From: an uncultured Selenomonadaceae bacterium
GTDB taxonomy: Bacteria; Bacillota; Negativicutes; Selenomonadales; Selenomonadaceae
DNA: 64,000 nt
Direction of reading: 5' to 3'
Assembly (NCBI GenBank): GCA_905234365.1
Contig: CAJOHI010000007.1
Location: forward strand, 11,343 to 75,342
Under the pieces are notes generated by a model. The model saw only the letters and a list, made by a program, of their open reading frames with translations. It had not been told where the DNA came from and made no database searches. Made by a program: the position numbers and the translations under genes. The stretch's first letter is position 1, and each line of letters begins with the position of its first letter. Below, piece after piece: positions 48,718 through 57,547 of the stretch.

Positions 48718-49536
48718 TCACCACGCAACTATCGTTATACCATTATCTTCTGCAAGTGCTACCATTTTTTCACGCTCAACTAAAAGCGTTTTATCTGCTT
48801 CAATGGCAAGCGCTGTAGCACCGGATTGTACCATAATTTCAATAGTGTGATACCCAACAGTAGGAACGTCAAAACGATTATCCTGCTTTGGTTTTGAAAC
48901 TTTCGCGACTACTGCACCGCCGTTGGCAAGTTGACCGCCGCGAAGTATACAGGCATCAGTACCTTCAATCGCCTCAAGCGCCATAACTGCACGATTTTTT
49001 ACAACGACAGTCTGACCTATGTCAAAGCGTCCCAGTTCTTTAGCAATTCTCATTCCAAATTCCAAATCTAAACGTTCTTCGTCAGTTGGTTCACGTTTTG
49101 TAATTGTGCCGCGATGTGGCATTAACTTTCTGATTAGTGCTGTCTGGTCGAAAGTCTCCATGCCTGCCTTTGCCAATTCTCTAACAAACGCCAACATTAT
49201 AGTATCATCATTTCGATCCGGCAACGACATAATTAATTGCAACATTCTTGCATCTGGTATAACTGCACCGTTAAATAATAATTCCTTAGTGACTTTTCCA
49301 ATCATTGTAATTAATCTCAAATCCTTTGACTTGAGATAATTTAAAATTGCGTCCAGTTGTGCAACGCTAATCATTTGAAAGTCATTAGCAAATTGTGCAA
49401 TTTCCGGATCAGTTGCCGGCAGCAATCCAACTGCATAAACTTCGTAACCTAATTGCCTTGCCGCTCTTGCACATTCAACAGGCAATCTTCCTGCGCCTGC
49501 TAGTATTCCAAGTTTCTCCAAAAACTTCACTCCCAA
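48718..49536 (-). CDS. lpxI: UDP-2,3-diacylglucosamine diphosphatase LpxI (DUF1009 family)
   Basis: LGILAGAGRLP...DIGQTVVVKNRAVMALEAIEGTDACILRGG...KPKQDNRFDVPTVG. Confidence 0.8.
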   Translation of the reverse strand: MGVKFLEKLGILAGAGRLPVECARAARQLGYEVYAVGLLPATDPEIAQFANDFQMISVAQLDAILNYLKSKDLRLITMIGKVTKELLFNGAVIPDARMLQLIMSLPDRNDDTIMLAFVRELAKAGMETFDQTALIRKLMPHRGTITKREPTDEERLDLEFGMRIAKELGRFDIGQTVVVKNRAVMALEAIEGTDACILRGGQLANGGAVVAKVSKPKQDNRFDVPTVGYHTIEIMVQSGATALAIEADKTLLVEREKMVALAEDNGITIVAW

Positions 49537-49540
49537 AAAT

Positions 49541-51043
49541 TTACCTTTGATAATTTCTCGAATGAAACCAAATTGTTTTTAAATCACTATACTCGTCAAA
49601 AGAATACAAAGATTTATCTTTTCCCAATCCAGACTCTTTTACTCCTCCAAATGGAGCACTATTATCATCATTACCATAACTGTTAATATGAACTAAACCA
49701 GTCTCGATATTTCTTGCAACGTAATATGCTTCATCTAAATCATCAGTCCACACTGCTCCTGCCAACCCATAATCTGATGAATTAGCAATACTTAATGCTT
49801 CATCTACACCTTCTACAGGCAAAACAACAACAACTGGTCCAAAAATTTCTTCTACAACAACTTTTGACATTATTGAAATATTACTTATAATTGTCGGTTG
49901 AATACAACAAGCTTTTTCAGAATGCAATTTTTTATTTTGAGCTTGATAAACTTCTGCACCTTCATCTTTAGCCTGTTGAATATACTTTTGAATTTTATGA
50001 TATTGTTCAGGACTGACAACACAACCTACATTATTATCAGTATCGTAAGGGTCACCCGGCACGTAACGTTCGCATTCAAGTTTCAAATACTTTATAAAAT
50101 CATTAAACTTTGACTTATCTATAATAACTCTTGAAGGTGCAGAACAAATTTGCCCTTGATTATAAAACATATTATCAGCTAATACCTTTGCAGCTTCAGC
50201 TAAATTTGAGCAATTATTTGTAACTATATAAGGTCCTTTTCCGCCACATTCCAAAGCTACTTTCTTCATATTTGATTGACCTGAATACTCCAATATTCTC
50301 TTTCCGGTTGTACTTGAACCGGTGAAAAAAATTCCACGAACATCCTTATGCAAGGCTAATGCTTTTCCAGCTACTTCCCCATATCCTGTAACAACATTAA
50401 ACACGCCTGAAGGAATACCAGCTTCCCTAGTTAAGGCAGCAACCTTTAAAATTGACAGTGAAGACTGTTCAGCGGGTTTCATAACAATAGAATTTCCCAT
50501 AAGCAACGCAGGTGCAAATTTCCAAGCAGCAACAACCAAAGGATCATTCCAAGGTGTAATGGCGCCTACAACCCCAAGAGGAACTCTGATTATAACACCA
50601 AATTCACTACCTCTCGGTGGAATTGCCTTATCATAGTATTTATCAACAGCTTCCGCAAAATAACGAACCACTTCAATAGCTTTCGGTATAGAATCGTAAA
50701 AATAATTTTGATAAGATCTTCCCGTCTCATAAGTATCCAATAAGGCAAGTTCTTCTCTATTTTTTTCCATTAAATCTGCTAATTTTAAAAGAATAATTTT
50801 CTTTTCACTGGGAGGTAACATTGACCAAGAGCCAGAATAAAAAGATTTTTTTGCAAATTCAACTGCTTTATTAACGTCAACATCATCACAAGCAGCAATT
50901 CCTGAAATAATTAAGCCATCTATAGAAGAAATTTTTTCAATTGTTTTTCTATTTTCCGCTTCAACAAATTCACCATTAATATAAGCTCTTTTTTCAATAT
51001 TTAAGTTTTCCAACTTTTTTCTGACATTCATTTTATAAATCAT
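49541..51043 (-). CDS. NAD(P)-dependent aldehyde dehydrogenase family protein
   Basis: 500 aa: ITPWNDPL, FTGSSTTGKRI, ECGGKGP, catalytic Cys in NQGQICSAPSR, and EEIFGPV. Confidence 0.9.
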   Translation of the reverse strand: MIYKMNVRKKLENLNIEKRAYINGEFVEAENRKTIEKISSIDGLIISGIAACDDVDVNKAVEFAKKSFYSGSWSMLPPSEKKIILLKLADLMEKNREELALLDTYETGRSYQNYFYDSIPKAIEVVRYFAEAVDKYYDKAIPPRGSEFGVIIRVPLGVVGAITPWNDPLVVAAWKFAPALLMGNSIVMKPAEQSSLSILKVAALTREAGIPSGVFNVVTGYGEVAGKALALHKDVRGIFFTGSSTTGKRILEYSGQSNMKKVALECGGKGPYIVTNNCSNLAEAAKVLADNMFYNQGQICSAPSRVIIDKSKFNDFIKYLKLECERYVPGDPYDTDNNVGCVVSPEQYHKIQKYIQQAKDEGAEVYQAQNKKLHSEKACCIQPTIISNISIMSKVVVEEIFGPVVVVLPVEGVDEALSIANSSDYGLAGAVWTDDLDEAYYVARNIETGLVHINSYGNDDNSAPFGGVKESGLGKDKSLYSFDEYSDLKTIWFHSRNYQR

Positions 51044-51062
51044 CTCCGTACATCAAATTAAT

Positions 51063-52174
51063 TTAAATGAAACGATCATATTCAGGAATTATTTCAATCT
51101 TATCATGATCCATTTGCATAAGACGTATTAACTCTTTGTTAGTTTCATCACGCAAACAATGAAATTGACATTTCTCTACAGGATCTAACTCCTTCATCAC
51201 TTTTTGTCGTCTTTCACTGTGCCAAATAGTTTGAATCGAATCCTGCTTTGCATCTCCAACACAGAAATTTTTCTTGCCACGCCAATATGGACAAACATAA
51301 ACTCCGGAAGGACAAATCAACGTACGAAGATATGCTGCAGGACAAAAATGATAATCTTTTTCTTGAGAAGATTTTACACAATTCAAAGAATCATTCAAAT
51401 TAATAGCAGTTATGATTTTAAAGTTGTCAGTTTCTAATTCGTATAAACGTTTAATTTCAATTTTAGCCTCATTCATACGCTCTTGCGAATGGCGAACTAA
51501 TGAATGTACCCCCCCCCTACGTAGTTGTAACTTGGCTTTATTTCAATATAATCGCAGCCAATTTGCTTTGCAAGTACCGCTGCATCATAAATTTCTGATA
51601 TATTAGATTGTATACCAAATCCATCAGCTTCCGTGCGAATCAAAAAAGAAAAACCCAAATTTCCTCTTTTAATTTTTGCTAAATTTTTCATTCCTTCTAT
51701 TATGTGATTAAACGTAGATTTACCATCTTTTGTTGGTCTTAATTTACCGAAAGTTTCAGATGTTGCAGCATCCATTGATACTCTAGTCCAGCTTGCATAC
51801 TCAGCTATTTCATTCAAATATTTTGGTATGAAGTACCCATTTGTTGTTATACCTATTTTTATATCATGTGTTCCAAAGAATTTTATAAGTTCTCCGACTG
51901 CAGGATGTGCTAATGGCTCACCACCGCCAATTAGTATAACAGCTTTTACACCAAGGTCATATAATTCTTGTGCTAAATTCATCAAACGTTCCCTTGAAAA
52001 CGAAGTGCTGTTGCTTACTAAATCTTCACTTATGCAACCCGGACAAGCAAAATTACATACTTCTGTAGTATCCAATTCTACTACCAAAGGATTGCATTTC
52101 CATTTTTCATTTTGAAGTTGATTAACAACAAATTTTTGTTTTAATTTCCTAATAATATTCATTTTTTGTGGCAT
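51063..52174 (-). pseudogene. radical SAM enzyme with a Cys-rich C-terminal domain, split by a G9 tract (candidate phase-variable gene, OFF as sequenced)
   Basis: The N-part (51497-52174) carries CNFACPGC (CX3CX2C) and GGGEPL and ends ...SYNYVGGGYIH-stop just after G9. The C-part (51063-51476) carries CPAAYLRTLICPSGVYVCPYWRG...C...CQFHC. One extra G gives a continuous frame, ...YVGGGVHSLVRHSQERMNEAKIEIK... Confidence 0.75.
51509..51517. repeat. homopolymeric C9 (G9 on the coding strand) at the radical-SAM frame break
   Basis: Counted directly: tgaatgta-ccccccccc-tacgtag. Confidence 0.95.
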
Positions 52175-52186
52175 AAAATAACCTCA

Positions 52187-53362
52187 CTAAATATAAATAA
52201 CTTTTACTAAATCGGTAATTCTATTAATTTTATCTAACATTTCTTTCTCGCTATCGAATTTCAAAAATAAAACACCCAATTTATCTTTTAAATAATTTTC
52301 TATTTTGTACCCGGATTTCCACCATATAAATTTATCATATATATTATTTTTTATATCTTCTGAAATTATAACATCTTTTACTATGCCGTTTCGATCTCCC
52401 ATAATGCAGTGGCGACCACCATAACGTTGCGGTTCATACATTAAATAATTCTCAATCGGCATTCCACTTTCGGCTCGAACTATCATTTCAGACCAAGGGA
52501 TATCGCGAGCATATTCAACTGGTAAAGAATAAAAATCACCAGAACATCTGCGAGTTATTTCTATAATATAAGGTGTATTATTACTCAAGATATATTGAGC
52601 ATGAAAAATCCCATCAACTAGCTTTAATTCTTGTGCCAACTTTTCCATATCAAAAATCAAAATATTTTTATATTCTTCTATGTTAGTTGCTGGTCCAGCT
52701 GAAGAAGAAATAAGATAAGGATTTTTATAAGTATATTCATTGTCACTGAAGAAAGCTACGATTTTTTGATTTACAATAAAAGTTGAAAAACTGTGCATAG
52801 TACCAAATAAAAAAGGTTCAACAACAATAGTATTAACTCTTGTCATTTGAAAAGCCTTAATTATTGCTTGCTTCATTTCTTCATTATTGTTTGCTCTTGA
52901 GATACCCTTACCACCAGTTAAATCCACAGGTTTCACGATCACAGGATATTGAATTGAAGAAATTGCCTTATTTGTTTCTTCTACAGAATGAAAACTTTGA
53001 GCAATTGGAGAATGAATATTATATTTTTTAGTAATTTGTCGAAATGTATCTTTATGATGCAATTTATAAGTAGTTTCAAAGGAGTCATGACCAGGAAGAT
53101 TCATTTTTTCTGCAACATAGGATGCAGTTATAATGCCAAAATCATTTGCACATGAACAAATTGCATCAATTTTTAAATCTTTTGCCACTTCTAAGACTTT
53201 TTCTTTATCAGAAAAATCTACTTTATAATATTCATCAGAATATGAATGTCCAATTAGACTTGGATCATTTCCTGCAGTGATCACATGAAAACCCAATTTT
53301 TTGCCAGCTTCAATTAATGGTATATCAGAATGACTACCATTCAAAATTAATAATTTTTTCAA
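52187..53362 (-). CDS. ATP-grasp domain protein (carboxylate-amine ligase-like)
   Basis: 391 aa with a TTG start 7 nt after AAGGTGA (the RBS overlaps the lpxA stop). YPVIVKPVDLTGGKGIS...VVEPFL...IIEITRRCSGD is an ATP-grasp pattern. Confidence 0.8.
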   Translation of the reverse strand: MKKLLILNGSHSDIPLIEAGKKLGFHVITAGNDPSLIGHSYSDEYYKVDFSDKEKVLEVAKDLKIDAICSCANDFGIITASYVAEKMNLPGHDSFETTYKLHHKDTFRQITKKYNIHSPIAQSFHSVEETNKAISSIQYPVIVKPVDLTGGKGISRANNNEEMKQAIIKAFQMTRVNTIVVEPFLFGTMHSFSTFIVNQKIVAFFSDNEYTYKNPYLISSSAGPATNIEEYKNILIFDMEKLAQELKLVDGIFHAQYILSNNTPYIIEITRRCSGDFYSLPVEYARDIPWSEMIVRAESGMPIENYLMYEPQRYGGRHCIMGDRNGIVKDVIISEDIKNNIYDKFIWWKSGYKIENYLKDKLGVLFLKFDSEKEMLDKINRITDLVKVIYI

Positions 53363-53374
53363 TCAAACATCACC

Positions 53375-54172
53375 TTAATTTCCATCTTCGCGTCTTTCAC
53401 GGCAAATACCGCGTTCTGCGTTTCTCAAAAATCTCAAGAAGTGCTCAACTTCTTCACATGAGTCAACTTCCTGCTCAATAACCGCGATCGCTTCAGTAAG
53501 AGTCAATCCTGAACGATAGAGGATTTTATAAGCCTTTTTAATATTGTGTCTCGCCTCAAGTGGAATACCTGCACGCGAAATGCCAACGCTGTTAAGTCCG
53601 ACAACTTTGGCCGGATGACCGTCAACAATCGTATAAGGCACAACGTCCTGGACAAGTTTACTCATTCCACCGACCATTGCATTGCGTCCGATTTTAACAA
53701 ATTGATGAACTCCCGCCATTCCGCCAATTACAACTCTGTCTTCAACGATTGCATGACCGGCACAGCTTGCCAAATTACTCATTATAACATGATTGCCAAG
53801 AATACAGTTATGAGCAACGTGTATATAAGCCATTAACAGACAATCATTGCCAATGCGCGTTTCATTTTCTTCGCCGGTTGCACGATGAATTGTTGCACCT
53901 TCACGAATTACAGTTCTGTCTCCGATAAAAGTGTAACTTTTTTCGCCTTTGAATTTCAAATCCTGCGGATCTTCGCCAACTGACGCAAATTGAAAAATCC
54001 TGCAGTCTTTACCGATACTTGTCCAGCCGTGAACAACTGCGTTCGGTCCGATTTTTGAACCGTCACCAATTTCAACATTGTCACCAATAACGCAATAAGG
54101 TCCAATCTCAACGTTATTTCCAATTACAGCACTTGGCGAAATCACAGCGCTTTCGTGTATATTTGCAGCCAT
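53375..54172 (-). CDS. lpxA: acyl-ACP--UDP-N-acetylglucosamine O-acyltransferase
   Basis: Hexapeptide repeats begin at IHESAVISPSAVIGNNVEIGPYCVIGDNVEIGDGSKIGP. The C-terminal helical domain reads LNSVGISRAG...AYKILYRSGL. The start is ATG 54172 (track ORF 54199). Confidence 0.93.
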   Translation of the reverse strand: MAANIHESAVISPSAVIGNNVEIGPYCVIGDNVEIGDGSKIGPNAVVHGWTSIGKDCRIFQFASVGEDPQDLKFKGEKSYTFIGDRTVIREGATIHRATGEENETRIGNDCLLMAYIHVAHNCILGNHVIMSNLASCAGHAIVEDRVVIGGMAGVHQFVKIGRNAMVGGMSKLVQDVVPYTIVDGHPAKVVGLNSVGISRAGIPLEARHNIKKAYKILYRSGLTLTEAIAVIEQEVDSCEEVEHFLRFLRNAERGICRERREDGN

Positions 54173-54444
54173 TTTTTTGCTTCCTGCCTTTACTATCATT
54201 TTTTACACCTCTCAGCTAAATTGTAGTTTTATTTTATAATCAGTAAATTTCATTGTTTTTTCACGTATAATAAAACCGCTTTTTAACTGATTTTAAGGCT
54301 TAATAATTTATTTCTTCTCACTTTATAGAGCAGATAAGCAATTATCTTTAAATAACTCTGATTATCTTTAGTTTTTATATTTTTAAGATTAAAAATTGAT
54401 TAGAATTACATTAAAATAACATTAGAAAAATTTTTATGCAATGA

Positions 54445-54885
54445 TTATAGGTCTGATTGATGTTTTAATGCAAATTTGAAATCAGCCGAAGCAACCATTT
54501 TATCATTAACATAACCGTCAGCATGAAGAACGCCAAAATCGCCGCGAACTTTTACAATCTCTGCCTTCGTGATAAGTTGATCGCCAGGTATTACAATTTG
54601 CTTAAACTTAATATTATCCATACCGCCAAAGAGTGCAATTTTACCTCTATGTTCCTCAGGATAAAGCATTGCAACGCCGCCGACTTGTGCCATTGCTTCC
54701 AAAAGAAGTACACCCGGCATTATTGGCGTATTTGGAAAATGTCCTAAAAATTGCGGCTCATTCATAGTTATATTTTTCAAACCGGTTGCTGACTTAAAAG
54801 GCTCAATTTCTAAAATTCTGTCAACTAACAACATTGGTGGTCTGTGCGGTAAAATTTTTTTAATTTCATTGATGTCTAATTCCAT
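54445..54885 (-). CDS. fabZ: 3-hydroxyacyl-ACP dehydratase
   Basis: MELDINEIKKILPHRPPMLLVDRI...FLGHFPNTPIMPGVLLLEAMAQ. AGGAG RBS before ATG 54885. Confidence 0.95.
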   Translation of the reverse strand: MELDINEIKKILPHRPPMLLVDRILEIEPFKSATGLKNITMNEPQFLGHFPNTPIMPGVLLLEAMAQVGGVAMLYPEEHRGKIALFGGMDNIKFKQIVIPGDQLITKAEIVKVRGDFGVLHADGYVNDKMVASADFKFALKHQSDL

Positions 54886-54908
54886 AATTTTCACTCCTAA
54901 ATTTAAAT

Positions 54909-55745
54909 TCAATTAAAATCAGCAAAAATCATCTTCGCAAGCTTAGTATTGAGAGCATGACCTGAAGCGGCAGCAATTATATGACCTTTGATAATTCCTG
55001 CAAGTCGCAAATCGCCAATTACGTCAAGAATTTTATGCCTTACCAATTCATCAGAATAAATTAAATCATTCAGCCAGCGTTCATCGTTATATACGATAAC
55101 ATTTTCTAAAGTGCCGCCGAGACCTAAACCCATTGAGCGCAACGCTTCAATTTCTTTTTCGTAGGCAATAGTTCGTGCAGGTGCAATTTCTTTTTCGTAA
55201 ACATCATCGTCAATAACAAAATCTTCGTATTGAATGCCGACAAGCGGATGCGGATTCACGGAAGTAAAACTGATTCGCAAACCGTCATAAGGCAGAGCAA
55301 TTATAAATCGGCGACCTTCTGAATTTAAATCATCGACGCGATAAATTTTATCAATAACAATTTCTTTACGTTCTGCTCCTTGCTCCTCAATGCCTGCCGA
55401 CTTTATGAGATTAAAAAAATCAATAGAATTGCCCATCATTACGGGAGGTTCTTCGGCGTCAAGTTCAACTATGCAGTTATCAATTTTTTGAACATGTAAT
55501 GCACTCATTAAATGCTCAATAGTAAAAACCTTTGCGCCATTTTTTTCAAGCGTTGTTGCTCTGACTGTTGTCGTTACATTCTCTGCTGCTGCTAGTATTT
55601 GCGGACTATTTGGTAAATCAACACGTTTAAAAATGATTCCGCTGTCAACAGGTGCGGATTTTAATTTCATCGTCACTTGTTGACCTGAATGTAACCCTAT
55701 ACCTGTGCAGGTTACTTCACTTTTCAACGTTGTTTGTTTTTGCAA
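54909..55745 (-). CDS. lpxC: UDP-3-O-acyl-N-acetylglucosamine deacetylase
   Basis: QKQTTLKSEVTCTGIGLHSGQ...TIEHLMSAL...HKILDVIGDL...SGHALN. AGGAGG lies 8 nt before TTG 55745 (the track ORF runs to 55766). Confidence 0.93.
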   Translation of the reverse strand: MQKQTTLKSEVTCTGIGLHSGQQVTMKLKSAPVDSGIIFKRVDLPNSPQILAAAENVTTTVRATTLEKNGAKVFTIEHLMSALHVQKIDNCIVELDAEEPPVMMGNSIDFFNLIKSAGIEEQGAERKEIVIDKIYRVDDLNSEGRRFIIALPYDGLRISFTSVNPHPLVGIQYEDFVIDDDVYEKEIAPARTIAYEKEIEALRSMGLGLGGTLENVIVYNDERWLNDLIYSDELVRHKILDVIGDLRLAGIIKGHIIAAASGHALNTKLAKMIFADFN

Positions 55746-55809
55746 TATAAATTCCTCCTGCACCAAAATTATACAATAATTTTAACATGTTCAAATTAAT
55801 AATTCAATG

Positions 55810-56739
55810 TTAATAAATATTATTCTTAAAATTATTTTTCATTTCCTCAACTTCCTCCGGTGTAAATTCCTCTCTCATTGACTTCCACCTGTCATGCAGC
55901 CAAAACCATTGCTCAGGATATTTTTTAATATGTTCTTCAATGAGCGTTGCAAGCTGCTGTGTTGTCCGCTTTATATCTTCACGCTTGTTTTTGGTTTTTT
56001 CAACATAAATTGCCGGCTGTACTATTAAAGTATGTGTGCCGTCTTCATTTCTGTGCATGAATGCCGGAAAGATAGGAACATTTTTAAATCTTGACATTGA
56101 GGCGGCACCAGGCATGTAATTTGTCGGCTCATCAAAAAAATTGACTATAACGCCGTCATGTCGATTGGTATCTTGATCCATTATGAGACCGATAAACCAG
56201 CCTTCGCCAAGCATTTCAAACATCTCACGAACTCCGCTTTTATAAGTTATGTGCATACCGATTAGAGTTCGATACTCGTTAATAAATTTATCCATGCCGC
56301 TTGACTTTTGCTTCTTCGCAACGCCAACAAGAGATATTCCATATTGAGCAAAGGCGCCGCCCATGAGTTCCCAATTATCGCTGTGACAAGTTGCAATTAC
56401 CGCTCCTTTGCCTTCACGATTCGGCGAATTGATATAATCTGTCAAATAGTGCAGACCTTCAATTTTAACGTGAGATTCCATTTTATCTTTGAGAACCGGA
56501 AAGCGTAAAACTTCAAAAAGTATTGATCCGAATTGTACAGCACTTGCCTTTGAAATTCGTTCTGCTTCAGTGTCATCAACTTTCAAGCAGCGTTTAATAT
56601 TTTCATGTGACATCTTCTTTCGGCGTTTAGGTAAAAATGGCCAGATAATCTGTGCAATTAACCAGCCGATTTTTTGACATAACGACCAAGGTAATAAGCA
56701 AACAATTTTACTAATCAACATTACAAAATAATATGACAA
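55810..56739 (-). CDS. lipid A biosynthesis (Kdo)2-lipid IVA acyltransferase family protein (LpxL/HtrB-like)
   Basis: 309 aa with an N-terminal TM helix and the catalytic HSDNWE (HX4E) motif. PEQWFWLHDRWK is typical of this family. Confidence 0.8.
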   Translation of the reverse strand: MSYYFVMLISKIVCLLPWSLCQKIGWLIAQIIWPFLPKRRKKMSHENIKRCLKVDDTEAERISKASAVQFGSILFEVLRFPVLKDKMESHVKIEGLHYLTDYINSPNREGKGAVIATCHSDNWELMGGAFAQYGISLVGVAKKQKSSGMDKFINEYRTLIGMHITYKSGVREMFEMLGEGWFIGLIMDQDTNRHDGVIVNFFDEPTNYMPGAASMSRFKNVPIFPAFMHRNEDGTHTLIVQPAIYVEKTKNKREDIKRTTQQLATLIEEHIKKYPEQWFWLHDRWKSMREEFTPEEVEEMKNNFKNNIY

Positions 56740-56774
56740 AAAATTTTTCTCTCCTCAATAAAATTATTAAAAAC

Positions 56775-57533
56775 TCAAATTTGGTTGCAGAATTTCAGAA
56801 CATCTTCAAAAGTCGATACAACATTATCATAATGAAATTTTGGGCGATCAATCAAAACAACCGGCAAATTTAATTTTTCAGCAGCTATAATTTTTGTATC
56901 AACACCGCCAATCTGTCCGCTGTCTTTGCTGACGATAACTTCGGCACCATAATGTTTGAAAAGCTCAATATTTAACTCAACTGAAAATGCTCCTTGCATT
57001 GCAACAATATTTTTTGGTGTCAGTCCAAGACTCTCACATAACGTTAAAACCTCAGCTGTCGGTAAAATACGTGCAATTAAGTTACAATTTTTAAGTGCCG
57101 GTGAATCAACAAAAATTTTAAGGTTGCGGCTTCCAATAGTCAGAAAAATATTTTTGCCAAGCTGAGACGCTTTAATAGCTGCCGATTCGTAATTGTCAAC
57201 ATGAAAAATTTTATCATAATTCATCGACAATGATTCACGCTCATAACGAATATAATAAACATTTGCCCTGTGACAAGCTGTCATTGCATTTTGAGAAATA
57301 TTAACGGCATAAGGATGACTTGCATCAACCAGAACTTTAATATTATTATTTAAAAGAAGCTCAACCAATTCATTTTCGTCGAGCTTTTTATTAATTATCT
57401 TTATTCCGTTGTACTGCAAAAGTAAAGTTTTTCCATAGTCACTGATAACTGAAGCCGTGACTTCAAATCCATTATTAAGCAAAAAACCTGCAAGCTCACG
57501 ACCGTCCTCAGTACCTGCTATAACAAATATCAT
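56775..57533 (-). CDS. cbiJ: (cobalt-)precorrin-6A reductase
   Basis: 252 aa: IFVIAGTEDGRELA...VDASHPYA...TIGSRNL...ARILP...MQGAFS...VSKDSG..GG..K. It is isolated from any other cobalamin gene in this window. Confidence 0.75.
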   Translation of the reverse strand: MIFVIAGTEDGRELAGFLLNNGFEVTASVISDYGKTLLLQYNGIKIINKKLDENELVELLLNNNIKVLVDASHPYAVNISQNAMTACHRANVYYIRYERESLSMNYDKIFHVDNYESAAIKASQLGKNIFLTIGSRNLKIFVDSPALKNCNLIARILPTAEVLTLCESLGLTPKNIVAMQGAFSVELNIELFKHYGAEVIVSKDSGQIGGVDTKIIAAEKLNLPVVLIDRPKFHYDNVVSTFEDVLKFCNQI

Positions 57534-57547
57534 GTGTAAAACTCCAA

